NCBI GenBank assembly: GCA_016208765.1
Contig: JACQXK010000001.1
Location: 218-64,217, forward strand
DNA: 64,000 nt
DNA from: Candidatus Omnitrophota bacterium
Lineage (GTDB): Bacteria > Omnitrophota > Gorgyraeia > Gygaellales > Profunditerraquicolaceae
Direction of reading: 5' to 3'
Each line of letters begins with the position of its first letter. Within the stretch, counting starts at the first letter, position 1. The position numbers and the translations under genes are program-made. Positions 1-9,327 of the stretch are shown piece by piece. The notes below the pieces were generated by a model. That model searched no databases, had not been told where the DNA came from, and was given only the letters and a program-made list of their open reading frames with translations.

Positions 1-1
1 T

Positions 2-775
2 TCATATTTAGGAAAGTTTCCGGCCCTCTGTGGAATTGATATGAATATAGAGAAGGGTAGCAAAATTGGTATTTTGGGCGCTAATGGTTCAGGAAAATCA
101 ACTCTTTTGCAATTGTTAGACGGGCTTATTTTCTCGCATCAGGGAAATATTAAGTTTCTTGATAAGGATTTAAGCGAGAGGGCGCTGGGCGAAGAAGAAT
201 TTATGCGTTTTTTCCGTTCTAAGGTTGGTTTTGTGTTTCAAAATCCTGAAGTACAGCTGTTTTGTCCGACCGTAGAAGAAGATATCATATTTGGGCCATT
301 GCAGCTTGGTATTGATAAGGCAGAAATTAAAAAACGCTTAGCCAATCTGGTGGATCTGCTTAATATTTCAAATCTGCTGGAGCGGCCGCCTTTTCGCCTA
401 AGTATAGGAGAGAAGCGTAAGGTTGCCATTGCCTCAACCTTAATTATGTCTCCTGATGTTTTAATCTTAGACGAGCCTACGGCAGGGCTTGATCCGTTAA
501 CCAGCCGTCAAATCGTTGATATTATTATTCAGGCAAACCTGGAAGGGAAAACCATAATTACCGCTACTCATGACCTGCACATTGTAGATGAAATAGCCGA
601 TGAAATTTTCGTTTTTAGCAACGAGAAGAGAATCGCGCGTTCCGGAGCTTCAGGAGAAATCCTCTCTGACGGTGAGTTTCTTAAGAAGCATAATCTTGTC
701 CATATCCATTATCATAAACATAAGGATAAGATCCACACCCACCCTCACGAGCACTTAGAGCACCACGTTGAATAG
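2..775 (+). CDS. ECF/CbiO-type ABC transporter ATP-binding protein, 5'-truncated by the window edge, with a His-rich C-terminal tail
   Basis: The reading frame is open from nt 2 (SYLGKFPALCGID precedes the listed Met). It has Walker A GANGSGKST, the EcfA-like NPEVQLFCPTVEEDIIFGP motif, signature LSIGEKRKV and Walker B ILDEPTAGLD. The C-terminal tail is HIHYHKHKDKIHTHPHEHLEHH. Confidence 0.8.
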   Translation, partial: SYLGKFPALCGIDMNIEKGSKIGILGANGSGKSTLLQLLDGLIFSHQGNIKFLDKDLSERALGEEEFMRFFRSKVGFVFQNPEVQLFCPTVEEDIIFGPLQLGIDKAEIKKRLANLVDLLNISNLLERPPFRLSIGEKRKVAIASTLIMSPDVLILDEPTAGLDPLTSRQIVDIIIQANLEGKTIITATHDLHIVDEIADEIFVFSNEKRIARSGASGEILSDGEFLKKHNLVHIHYHKHKDKIHTHPHEHLEHHVE

Positions 776-778
776 CTT

Positions 779-957
779 GGCAACAAAAGTTTCTTTTCGC
801 ACACGAGATTTTTTGCTGTGTGCTGCGGTTTACGGCTCACTCTCGTAACGGCTTTCGCAAAACCTGTGTACTCTCGTTCGCCGTAAATCCTTGCACACTA
901 ATAGTTATAGCTGTACCAAAAAATCTCTGATTGTGTGCTCACAGAAACTTTTGTTGC
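779..957. repeat. ~180-bp intergenic element bounded by a 15/16-nt terminal inverted repeat (GGCAACAAAAGTTTCT ... AGAAACTTTTGTTGC) with nested internal inverted repeats
   Basis: Direct reading: 779-794 is the reverse complement of 943-957. Inner pair: CACACGAGATTTTTT (~816-830) pairs with AAAAAATCTC..TGTGTG (~918-937). Local hairpins: GCACAC..GTGTGC and GGTTTACGGC..GCCGTAAATCC. The element is GC-richer than its surroundings. Confidence 0.4.
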
Positions 958-1039
958 TTTAAATATTAGAATTAAAGCAAAAACTGCTCATCTTCAAAAT
1001 TATATTGACCGACATTGAGGTTGTGCTATTATTTCAGGT

Positions 1040-2221
1040 ATGAATTCAAAAGTATATAAAATCTTCATAGTTGGCATTTTTTTATTATTTCTATCTTTGC
1101 AATTTTCCTTCGCACAGCAGGAGCCAGGCGCGCTTCCTGAATTGTCTGTTTTTTATTCACCGAGTTGTGAAAAATGCATGAAGGCCAAACACGAATTAAT
1201 ACCTGAAATAGAAAAAGAATTTGGCAATAAGGTTAAAGTTAAATATTATGATATTTCTGACATTGAAAATTACAAAATACTGCTAAATTTAAGAGAAAAA
1301 TATAATCCCTCCATTGAAATAGAAGTGCCTGTATTCTTCTTAAACGGTAAATTTATTAATGCTAAAGCTGATTTGTCCAAAAGGCTGCGTGTATTTGTCG
1401 TTGAAGCGCTGGGCTTTTCTCCGGTAGATGGTATAAAAGAACAGGCAGTAGATTTAATCAGGCATTTTAAATCCATAACCCCGTTAGTAATTGTCAGCGC
1501 TGGGCTGGTTGATGGCATAAATCCTTGCGCATTTACTGTAATTGTCTTTTTTATCTCCTTCTTGGCATTGCAAGGATATAGAAGAAGGGACCTGATTGTT
1601 ATTGGTTTGACATTTATTTTCTCAGTATTTTTAACCTATGTTTTGATTGGATTGGGTTTGTTTGGTTTTCTTTACCGTTTGCAAGGGTTCTGGATCGTTA
1701 CCAAAACAATTAATCTTTTGATTGGTATTTTTAGTATCGGGCTGGGAGCGGCAGCGCTATATGATTATTTTAAATTTAAGAAAACCGGTGCTACTGAAGG
1801 GCTTTTATTACAGCTGCCTGCGGGAATAAAAAATCAGATCCATAAAATAATCGGCTTGCATTACCGAAGGACACAGCAAAATGAACAACCTGCCGGGAAT
1901 AATATCCTGGCAGTATTTTCCGGAGCTTTAATCACTGGTTTTTTGGTCTCATTGTTAGAGGCGGTTTGCACCGGGCAAACCTACGTGCCAACTATTGCCT
2001 TTGTGCTAAAAACAACGCATTTAAAACTACAGGCGCTTTTTTACCTTTTGATTTATAATATAATGTTTGTTGTGCCTTTATTTATTATTTTTATTTTTGC
2101 TTTGTTAGGAGTAACCAGCTCTCAGTTTTCAAATTTTTTAAAAAGCCGAATGCTTACAATAAAGATATTAATGAGCATGTTGTTTTTCGGGCTGGGTATA
2201 TTTTTGATCTGGAGGTTGTAA
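1040..2221 (+). CDS. membrane protein: signal peptide + periplasmic thioredoxin-like domain (CxxC) + DsbD/CcdA-like multi-TM domain
   Basis: N-terminal signal sequence; SPSCEKCMKA thioredoxin-type CxxC; polytopic C-terminal part with the conserved Cys motifs INPCAF and AVCTGQ, typical of the CcdA/DsbD transmembrane region. Confidence 0.6.
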   Translation: MNSKVYKIFIVGIFLLFLSLQFSFAQQEPGALPELSVFYSPSCEKCMKAKHELIPEIEKEFGNKVKVKYYDISDIENYKILLNLREKYNPSIEIEVPVFFLNGKFINAKADLSKRLRVFVVEALGFSPVDGIKEQAVDLIRHFKSITPLVIVSAGLVDGINPCAFTVIVFFISFLALQGYRRRDLIVIGLTFIFSVFLTYVLIGLGLFGFLYRLQGFWIVTKTINLLIGIFSIGLGAAALYDYFKFKKTGATEGLLLQLPAGIKNQIHKIIGLHYRRTQQNEQPAGNNILAVFSGALITGFLVSLLEAVCTGQTYVPTIAFVLKTTHLKLQALFYLLIYNIMFVVPLFIIFIFALLGVTSSQFSNFLKSRMLTIKILMSMLFFGLGIFLIWRL

Positions 2222-2634
2222 TGAAAGTTTTCTCGGTTGTATTAACAGGTATCTTAATTTTATCTTCATTTTCCACAGGATGCCTTGCTCAGATGCCGCA
2301 GAAACAGGACCAGCCTCAGGAAAAGCCGAAGCCTCAAGATGCGTTTATCTGGGATTTTGGAAAAATGAAAGAAGGAGAAACTGCAAAACACGAATTTGTC
2401 TTAAAGAATGAATCAGGGAAAATTTTAAATGTTAAAGAAGTGAATACTTCCTGCGGTTGTACGGTGAGCTCGGTGCAGAAAAAGCAACTCGCACCCCAAG
2501 AAAGCACGTTAATTGATGTTACTTTTAACAGTAAAGGTTATTCAGGATTAATTACCCAGTATATTTATGTAAATACTGATAATATTAAAGAACCGGTAAT
2601 CAGGTTTATGATTAAGGCTGAAGTTGTTAAATAA
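2221..2634 (+). CDS. DUF1573-family lipoprotein
   Basis: Lipobox STGC after the signal peptide; SCGCT motif inside a ~100-aa beta-rich domain characteristic of DUF1573. Start overlaps the upstream stop (ATGA). Confidence 0.6.
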   Translation: MKVFSVVLTGILILSSFSTGCLAQMPQKQDQPQEKPKPQDAFIWDFGKMKEGETAKHEFVLKNESGKILNVKEVNTSCGCTVSSVQKKQLAPQESTLIDVTFNSKGYSGLITQYIYVNTDNIKEPVIRFMIKAEVVK

Positions 2635-2649
2635 TAAAGGGGGATTAAA

Positions 2650-3612
2650 ATGTTTTTTCTAAAGTTAAGGATGTATCTTTTGATGGCAATCTTATTTGCG
2701 ATTATTTATGCTGTAATCGTGATGATTGGTTCGTATTTCGGGTTGAGGGATTTTTATTTCTATCTTTTTATATCGGTAGCAATGATGTTTATTCAGTACA
2801 TGATCGGGCCAAAGATTGTAGAGTGGTCCATGCGGGTAAAATATATTAAAAGAGCAGATAATCCCAGGTTGTTTCAGATGGTAGAGAGTTTGGCAATGCG
2901 GGCCCAGATACCGGCTCCGCGGATCGGCATTGCGCAAATCCCCCTTCCAAATGCCTTTGCTTTTGGCCGCAGCATAAAAGACGGCAGGGTCTGCGTTACT
3001 GAGGGGATTTTAGGTTTATTAAACGATGACGAGCTAAAAGCAGTGCTTGGCCACGAATTAAGTCATTTAAAAAACAGGGATGTTTTGACGATCACTCTGC
3101 TTTCAGTAATACCTATGATCATGTATCGTATTGCCTGGCAATTTTTATTTTTTGGCAGAAGGCGTGATTCACGCGGAGGGAATACCGTGCTTATAGGCAT
3201 AGCTGCATTTTTGTTTTATTTTGTAACTAACCTTCTGGTGCTTTATGCTTCGCGGATCAGGGAATATTTTGCTGATAAGGGCTCTGTGCTTTTGGGAAAT
3301 TCTCCGCATGCGCTGGCATCAAGTTTATACAAGCTCGTTTATGGTGCGGCACGGACGAACCGTGATTCTCTAAAAGAAGTAGAGGGGTTAAAAGCGTTTT
3401 TTGTTAATGACCCGTCTTGCGCAATGAAGGACATTAAAGAATTATCACAGCTTGATTTGGATAAAAACGGGACTATTGACCCCGGAGAATTGGCGCAGTT
3501 GAGGTCATCAAAAATTAAATTGGGTTTTGCAGATAAAATGATGGAGCTTCTAAGCACGCACCCAAACATGATCAAGCGCATTAAGCGGCTTTCAGAATAT
3601 AGTGCGGGTTAA
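2650..3612 (+). CDS. htpX: M48 zinc metalloprotease HtpX, with a C-terminal EF-hand-like Ca-binding loop
   Basis: HELSH zinc motif (GHELSHLKNRD), 4 TM segments, C-terminal LSTHPNMIKRIKRL typical of HtpX. Extra segment DLDKNGTIDPGELAQL matches the DxDxNGxIxxxE EF-hand loop. Confidence 0.8.
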   Translation: MFFLKLRMYLLMAILFAIIYAVIVMIGSYFGLRDFYFYLFISVAMMFIQYMIGPKIVEWSMRVKYIKRADNPRLFQMVESLAMRAQIPAPRIGIAQIPLPNAFAFGRSIKDGRVCVTEGILGLLNDDELKAVLGHELSHLKNRDVLTITLLSVIPMIMYRIAWQFLFFGRRRDSRGGNTVLIGIAAFLFYFVTNLLVLYASRIREYFADKGSVLLGNSPHALASSLYKLVYGAARTNRDSLKEVEGLKAFFVNDPSCAMKDIKELSQLDLDKNGTIDPGELAQLRSSKIKLGFADKMMELLSTHPNMIKRIKRLSEYSAG

Positions 3613-3624
3613 TCAGGAGGGGGC

Positions 3625-4506
3625 ATGGAAGAGATATATCATTTAATATTTGAGGCATTACGTGATGGGTTTATTTGGGTAGATATGTCTGGAAGGCTTA
3701 AGAAATTTAATTCTGCTTATCAGCGAATGCTGGGGTATTCTGCTCAAGAATTGCTGAACCTGACTTATATTGATATTACTCCGAAGAAATGGCATGCATT
3801 TGAAGAAAAGATTATTCAGGAGCAGGTAATGCAGCGAGGTTATTCCGATCTTTATGAAAAAGAATATGTTACTAAAGATGGGCGGGTTTTTCCTGTGGAA
3901 TTAATCACATATTTAGATAAAGGCAAAGAAGGAAAGCCCGTGGGTATGTGGGCATTTGTCAGGGATATTTCTGAGCGCAGGAAAATAATAGAAGAACTTT
4001 CTGTTTCCCAGACAAGATGTTTTGACTTGTTTGAGAACGCCAATGATATGATTTATACATTTGATTTAGCAGGGAACTTTACTTCTTTAAATAGGTCTAC
4101 TTGTGATACTTTAGGATATTCTAAAGACGAATTGATTAAGAAGAATATAATGGATGTCCTTTCATTGGAAAGCCGAGGGTTTGCTATAAAGATGCTGCAG
4201 CAGGCAATTGCCGATAAATCAGACTTAAAGGAATTACAGCCTTGGGAGTTTGTGATTGTGCGTAAAGACGGTTCTGAGGTAATTTCAGAAACGCGCACCC
4301 GTTTAATTTGGGAGGAAAAAGAAGTGGTTGGCGTGCAGGGTATCTCACGCGATATTAGCGAGCGTAAAAAATATGAAGAGGATCTGAAGAAAAAGATACA
4401 CGATTTGGAGATTTTTAATAAAATTTCAATTGAGCGTGAGCTTAAGATGATTGAGCTTAAGAAGAAGATAGAAGAGTTAGAATACAAGTTAAAAGTAAAA
4501 TCTTGA
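3625..4506 (+). CDS. tandem PAS-domain sensor protein with C-terminal coiled coil, no recognisable output domain
   Basis: Two PAS-like modules (…GYSAQELLNLTYIDITP… and …GYSKDELIKKNIMDVLS…, each followed by a DISER motif). The C-terminus is heptad-rich KKKIHDLEIF…ELEYKLKVKS. Confidence 0.65.
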   Translation: MEEIYHLIFEALRDGFIWVDMSGRLKKFNSAYQRMLGYSAQELLNLTYIDITPKKWHAFEEKIIQEQVMQRGYSDLYEKEYVTKDGRVFPVELITYLDKGKEGKPVGMWAFVRDISERRKIIEELSVSQTRCFDLFENANDMIYTFDLAGNFTSLNRSTCDTLGYSKDELIKKNIMDVLSLESRGFAIKMLQQAIADKSDLKELQPWEFVIVRKDGSEVISETRTRLIWEEKEVVGVQGISRDISERKKYEEDLKKKIHDLEIFNKISIERELKMIELKKKIEELEYKLKVKS

Positions 4507-4513
4507 TTTTAAA

Positions 4514-4541
4514 GAAAATCCCTCCTGATTTCATCGTTTTT
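4514..4541 (+). terminator. weak rho-independent terminator candidate after the PAS gene
   Basis: GAAAATC-cctcct-GATTTC hairpin followed by ATCGTTTTT. Confidence 0.3.
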
Positions 4542-4556
4542 AACGCCATTCTTGCG

Positions 4557-4585
4557 TTGACATAACCTCAAATCTACTATATAAT
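4557..4585 (+). promoter_or_regulatory. consensus sigma70-type promoter for lysS
   Basis: TTGACA (4557-4562), 17-nt spacer, TATAAT (4580-4585), about 10 nt upstream of the lysS ATG region. Confidence 0.5.
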
Positions 4586-4594
4586 TAAAAAACT

Positions 4595-6055
4595 ATGGAA
4601 TTAAACGAGATCCTCGCACAGAGAAGGGCAAAATTAGAGGCTTTGGAAGCCAAGGGTATAAATCCTTATGGCGCAAGCTGCCTAACAAGCCGTAGTGAAA
4701 TAGGCGGCTTAATTAACAGTTTTAAAGAAGGCGCTCAGGAAGTTGTTAAGGTTAGTGCCAGTGGCAGGATTATGGCTAAACGCTTGCATGGCAAGGTGTT
4801 ATTTATGGATTTACGTGATTCAACCGGTAAAATCCAGCTCTATGTTAAGGCTGATTATGTAGGTAAAGATAAATTTGAGCTTTTTGAACAGATAGATATT
4901 GCTGATACGATCAATGTCAAAGGAGAGCTTTTTAAGACGCACACAGGGGAATTGACTATTAAGGTTGAAGATTTTACTGTGCTTTCAAAGGCTCTGCGGC
5001 CGCTTCCTGAGAAATGGCACGGGCTCAAGGATGTGGAGATGCGTTACCGCCAGAGATACCTTGATTTGATCTGTAATGAAGAGGTTAAGAAAGTATTTTT
5101 GCAGCGTTCAAAGATTATATTGTCCCTGCGTAAGTTTCTTGACGGCCTGGGTTATCTGGAAGTAGAAACTCCGATGATGCATGATATTCCCGGAGGAGCT
5201 GCGGGCAGGCCCTTTAAGACGCATCACAATGAATATGATATGGAGCTGACTTTACGCATTGCCCCTGAGTTGTATTTGAAACGTTTGTTAGTAGGCGGTT
5301 TAGACAAGGTTTATGAGATCAACCGGTCTTTTCGTAATGAAGGCGTGTCTACAAAACATAATCCGGAATTTACGATGCTTGAGGTTTATTGCGCTTATGC
5401 AAATGTTGAGGATATGATGCAGTTAACGGAAAATTTAGTTTCTTCAATTGCCAAAGAGGTTTTGGGCACAACTAAGATTATTTTTGCCGATAAAGAAATA
5501 GATTTAACTCCTCCCTGGCAAAGAAGGTCTTTTGCCCAGATGGTAAAGGACAAATTCAATATTGACCCCAGCGACGATATATCGGTGATGTTGAAAAAAC
5601 TTCAGGAGAAGGGCTTTGCCAAAGAAAGGAACCGGCTTACCCGCTCTCAGATCAATAAAATCATTGAAGAGATTTTAGAGCAGGATATGAGCATGAACCC
5701 GACTTTTGTCACTGATTATTATACCAGCCTTTGCCCTCTGGCAAAGACGCGCCAGGATAATCCTTTGATTTCTGAGCGCTTTGAATTATATGTTGCCGGG
5801 ATGGAAATTGCCAATGCCTATTCAGAGTTAAATAATCCCATTGAGCAACGCAGGCGTTTTGAAGAGGAGATTAAAGAGCTTGATACTCAGGAAAAGAAAG
5901 TTGTGGACGATGATTATGTGCTTGCCCTTGAGCATGGCATGCCTCCTGCCGGCGGGCTTGGGATCGGCATTGACCGTTTGGTGATGTTGTTGACCGGGCA
6001 GCCTTCAATCCGCGACGTGATATTATTTCCATTGCTGAGGCCGGGAAAAGAGTGA
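4595..6055 (+). CDS. lysS: lysine--tRNA ligase (class II)
   Basis: N-terminal OB anticodon-binding domain; class II motifs (FRNEG, GGLGIGIDRLVMLL); length 486 aa. Confidence 0.95.
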   Translation: MELNEILAQRRAKLEALEAKGINPYGASCLTSRSEIGGLINSFKEGAQEVVKVSASGRIMAKRLHGKVLFMDLRDSTGKIQLYVKADYVGKDKFELFEQIDIADTINVKGELFKTHTGELTIKVEDFTVLSKALRPLPEKWHGLKDVEMRYRQRYLDLICNEEVKKVFLQRSKIILSLRKFLDGLGYLEVETPMMHDIPGGAAGRPFKTHHNEYDMELTLRIAPELYLKRLLVGGLDKVYEINRSFRNEGVSTKHNPEFTMLEVYCAYANVEDMMQLTENLVSSIAKEVLGTTKIIFADKEIDLTPPWQRRSFAQMVKDKFNIDPSDDISVMLKKLQEKGFAKERNRLTRSQINKIIEEILEQDMSMNPTFVTDYYTSLCPLAKTRQDNPLISERFELYVAGMEIANAYSELNNPIEQRRRFEEEIKELDTQEKKVVDDDYVLALEHGMPPAGGLGIGIDRLVMLLTGQPSIRDVILFPLLRPGKE

Positions 6056-7242
6056 GAACTGAGTTATTCATAAGCTGGCGGTATCTGGTTACCAAGCGTA
6101 AAGAAAAATTTATTTCTCTTATAAGCGTTATTTCTGTTTTAGGGATCGCTATCGGGGTTACTGCGCTTATAGTGGTAATCGGGGTAATGACCGGTTTTGA
6201 CCAGGACCTGCGGGAAAAAATTGTCGGTAATTTTTCCCATATTACACTTACAAGCTATAAGCCGATTGAGGCTGCTGAATACGATAATTTGGTAAAGAAA
6301 ATCGGCCCTCACGGGCATGTAAAGGGAATCAGCCCTTATGTTCAGGGCCAGATACTGATCAAGGAAGGCAGCCGTTATTTTGCCGTCGGGTTAAAAGGAA
6401 TTGACCCTCTTACCGAAGGGCAGGTCACAAAGATCAATAAATATATTATTGCAGGAAGCCTTGATAATCTGAATGAAGGTTCTATTATTATCGGCAAGGA
6501 ATTGGCTGCTTATTTTGGCCTTGGGTTAAATTCCAGTATTCAGGTTTATTCTCCGACAGGTAAACAACACACTTTAAAAGTAGCCGGTGTTTTTAATTCC
6601 GGGATGTATGATTATGATTTGAATCTGGTGTTTACGCATTTAAAAACAGCACAGGAGATTTTGGGGACCCCCGGACAAATAACCGCAGTGGCAATAAAAT
6701 TGGATAATTTATACCTGGCGGATAATGTAAGAAAATCACTGGCGCAGGATTTAGGCTTTAATTATAATCTCAAGACCTGGATGGAGGCAAACCAGAATTT
6801 CTTTGCTGCGTTAAAGCTGGAGAAACTGGCTATGTTTATTATCCTGACTTTGATTATTTTAGTTGCGTCATTTAATATTATCAGCACCTTGATTGTTTTG
6901 GTGGTTGATAAAACTAAAGATATAGGTATTTTAAGAGCGCTTGGAATGAGTTCTGCCGGTATCCGTCGGATTTTTACTGTTCAAGGATTGTTGATCGGCG
7001 GCACAGGGACATTGCTCGGCGCTGTTGGTGGTTTTGGGCTTTGCGCGCTTCTTGAGAAATACCAGTTTATTAAGCTGCCGCAGGATATTTATTATTTAGA
7101 CCATTTGCCGGTATCTATTCAGTTGTGGCCGGATGTTACCTTAATTGTGCTGGCTGCAATGCTGATAACGTTAGTTTCTACAATTTACCCGGCATATAAG
7201 GCTGCTCGTTTTGAGCCGGTTGAAGCGTTGAGATATGAATGA
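6052..7242 (+). CDS. lolC: lipoprotein-releasing system permease LolC/LolE (FtsX-like)
   Basis: N-terminal TM, large periplasmic loop, C-terminal FtsX 3-TM bundle; translationally coupled to the downstream LolD-like ATPase. Confidence 0.8.
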   Translation: MRTELFISWRYLVTKRKEKFISLISVISVLGIAIGVTALIVVIGVMTGFDQDLREKIVGNFSHITLTSYKPIEAAEYDNLVKKIGPHGHVKGISPYVQGQILIKEGSRYFAVGLKGIDPLTEGQVTKINKYIIAGSLDNLNEGSIIIGKELAAYFGLGLNSSIQVYSPTGKQHTLKVAGVFNSGMYDYDLNLVFTHLKTAQEILGTPGQITAVAIKLDNLYLADNVRKSLAQDLGFNYNLKTWMEANQNFFAALKLEKLAMFIILTLIILVASFNIISTLIVLVVDKTKDIGILRALGMSSAGIRRIFTVQGLLIGGTGTLLGAVGGFGLCALLEKYQFIKLPQDIYYLDHLPVSIQLWPDVTLIVLAAMLITLVSTIYPAYKAARFEPVEALRYE

Positions 7243-7910
7243 TGTTAGAGGCTAAAAATATACATAAAGTTTATAGTAACGGAACAAAGACCCTGCCGGT
7301 TTTAAAAGGGGTAAATTTAAGCATAGAGCAGGGTAAGTTTATTGCTATTGTCGGGCCGTCAGGCGCAGGCAAATCTACGCTTTTACATGTTTTGGGTGGT
7401 TTGGACCATCCTTCAGAAGGAAGCGTGTTTTTTACGGGCAGAGATATTTATAAATTAAAAGATAATGCGCGTTGCGCCCTAAGAAACAAGAACATCGGTT
7501 TTGTCTTTCAGTTTTATCATCTGTTGGCAGAGTTTACCGTTTTAGAAAATGTCGCTCTTCCTAAATTAATTGCTCAAGGCAATGGGCCGAAAGCCATAAT
7601 AGAAGATGCCCTAAAGATGTTGGGCAAAGTTGGTCTTTCAGAAAGATTAGGCCATTTTCCGAGCCAGCTTTCCGGAGGGGAGAAACAAAGGGTTGCAATT
7701 GCGCGGGCGTTAATTAACGCACCTGAGATTTTATTCTGCGACGAGCCAACCGGAAATCTTGATTCTGCAAGCGGTGGTGAAATTATAAATTTGATACGAA
7801 GCATTAATAAAGAAAACCGGATGAGCGTAGTTTTAGTAACACATAATACTGAGTTGGCTAATTCTACTGATAAGGTTTATCATTTGAAGGATGGGGTGTT
7901 GGTTAATTAA
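7239..7910 (+). CDS. lolD: lipoprotein-releasing system ATP-binding protein LolD
   Basis: Walker A GPSGAGKST, LSGGEKQRVAIARAL signature, Walker B LFCDEPTGNLD; overlaps the permease stop. Confidence 0.85.
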   Translation: MMLEAKNIHKVYSNGTKTLPVLKGVNLSIEQGKFIAIVGPSGAGKSTLLHVLGGLDHPSEGSVFFTGRDIYKLKDNARCALRNKNIGFVFQFYHLLAEFTVLENVALPKLIAQGNGPKAIIEDALKMLGKVGLSERLGHFPSQLSGGEKQRVAIARALINAPEILFCDEPTGNLDSASGGEIINLIRSINKENRMSVVLVTHNTELANSTDKVYHLKDGVLVN

Positions 7911-7928
7911 CCAGTTTATGGAGGAATT

Positions 7929-8798
7929 ATGAAAATTTATATCAACGGTAAGTTTTATAGCAAAGAGAATGCAAAAATATCAGTATTTGACCACGGGCTA
8001 TTATATGGAGACGGTGTGTTTGAGGGGATCCGTTCATACAATTGCCTGGTTTTTAAATTGGATGAGCATATTGACCGGCTTTATGAGTCTGCGCATACGA
8101 TTATGCTCAAGATTCCTTTAGCTAAGAAGGAGTTAGCTAAAGCGGTTATCGCAACTTTAAAAGCTAACGCGCTTAGAGATGCTTATATCCGCCTTATTGT
8201 TACAAGAGGCCAGGGAGACCTGGGGCTTGATCCGCGTAAATGCACCGGAAACAGCTCTATTATCATTATTGTAGATAAAATTAAGCTTTATCCGGAGAAA
8301 TTGTATAAAAAAGGCATGGAGATTATTACTGTGGCAACTACCAGGAATTCCCATGAAACTTTGAATCCTCAAATCAAGTGTCTGAATTACTTAAATAACA
8401 TTTTAGCTAAAATTGAGGCGGTGCATTTAGGTTATGAAGAAGCGTTAATGCTTAATGATTCCGGTTATGTTGCTGAATGTACCGGCGATAATGTGTTTAT
8501 TGTCAGTAAAGGAGAACTTTACACGCCGCCGGAGTGCATGGGAGCTTTAAGAGGGGTTACGCGCGACACAGTTTTGGATATTGCTAATGAGCTGCAAATC
8601 CCCAAGCATGAACATGTGTTTAGCCGTCACGAAGTTTATATCGCAGATGAGTGTTTCTTGACCGGGACTGCCGCTGAAATTATTCCGGTGGTAAAAGTTG
8701 ACGGCCGCGTGATTGGTTCCGGCAAGCCGGGAAAAATGACTTTGAATTTAACTAAAAAATTTAAGACACTGACAAAGACAGCGGGGACAAAGTATTAA
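7929..8798 (+). CDS. class IV aminotransferase (branched-chain amino acid / D-amino acid aminotransferase)
   Basis: N-terminal …VFDHGLLYGDGVFEGIRSY…, a class IV PLP fold signature. Confidence 0.8.
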   Translation: MKIYINGKFYSKENAKISVFDHGLLYGDGVFEGIRSYNCLVFKLDEHIDRLYESAHTIMLKIPLAKKELAKAVIATLKANALRDAYIRLIVTRGQGDLGLDPRKCTGNSSIIIIVDKIKLYPEKLYKKGMEIITVATTRNSHETLNPQIKCLNYLNNILAKIEAVHLGYEEALMLNDSGYVAECTGDNVFIVSKGELYTPPECMGALRGVTRDTVLDIANELQIPKHEHVFSRHEVYIADECFLTGTAAEIIPVVKVDGRVIGSGKPGKMTLNLTKKFKTLTKTAGTKY

Positions 8799-8811
8799 GC
8801 AGGAGGAAAAA

Positions 8812-9327
8812 GTGTTTTGTGATATTTGCGGGAAAAATGCCGCAACCGTTCATTTAACCGAAATTATTGATAGCCAGATGAATGAGCTGCATTTATGCGA
8901 GGGGTGCGCGCGCAAAAAATCAGAAGAGATGGAGCAGCAGTTTGGCTTAAGCGATCTTTTGGCAGGGATGGCAGAGTTTGGCAAGCCCGTAAAAGAAAAA
9001 GAAGCTGTGCACGCCAAGTGCGCTAATTGCGGACTGACTTATGCTGATTTTAAGAAAGTCGGCAGGCTCGGTTGCGGAGAATGTTACAATGCGTTTCGTA
9101 AATATCTTGGGCCTTTATTAAAAAGAATACACGGCTCAAGCCAGCATGTTGGCAAGTCGCCTGTAAAGTTAGTTAAAATTGCGAAAAAGAAGGCCGGCGA
9201 TTTACAGGACTTGCGGACAAAATTACAGTTGGCCATTGAGTCCGAGGCTTTTGAAGAGGCTGCTAAAATTCGCGATCAGATCAAAGAGCTTGAGCAGAAA
9301 GAAGAAAATGAAGGAAAGGTGCAATAA
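8812..9327 (+). CDS. mcsA: McsA, protein-arginine kinase activator (zinc ribbons + UVR domain)
   Basis: Two CxxC…CxxC zinc ribbons and a C-terminal UVR motif (FEEAAKIRDQIKELE), collinear with B. subtilis McsA. Confidence 0.75.
   Translation: MFCDICGKNAATVHLTEIIDSQMNELHLCEGCARKKSEEMEQQFGLSDLLAGMAEFGKPVKEKEAVHAKCANCGLTYADFKKVGRLGCGECYNAFRKYLGPLLKRIHGSSQHVGKSPVKLVKIAKKKAGDLQDLRTKLQLAIESEAFEEAAKIRDQIKELEQKEENEGKVQ

Noticed and set aside
716-772. His-rich C-terminus of the ABC ATPase as a cloning-vector His-tag artefact
   Set aside because: The His residues are interspersed with K/D/T/P/E (HIHYHKHKDKIHTHPHEHLEHH) and use mixed CAT/CAC codons. There is no 6xHis run and no vector sequence, so this is a native tail.
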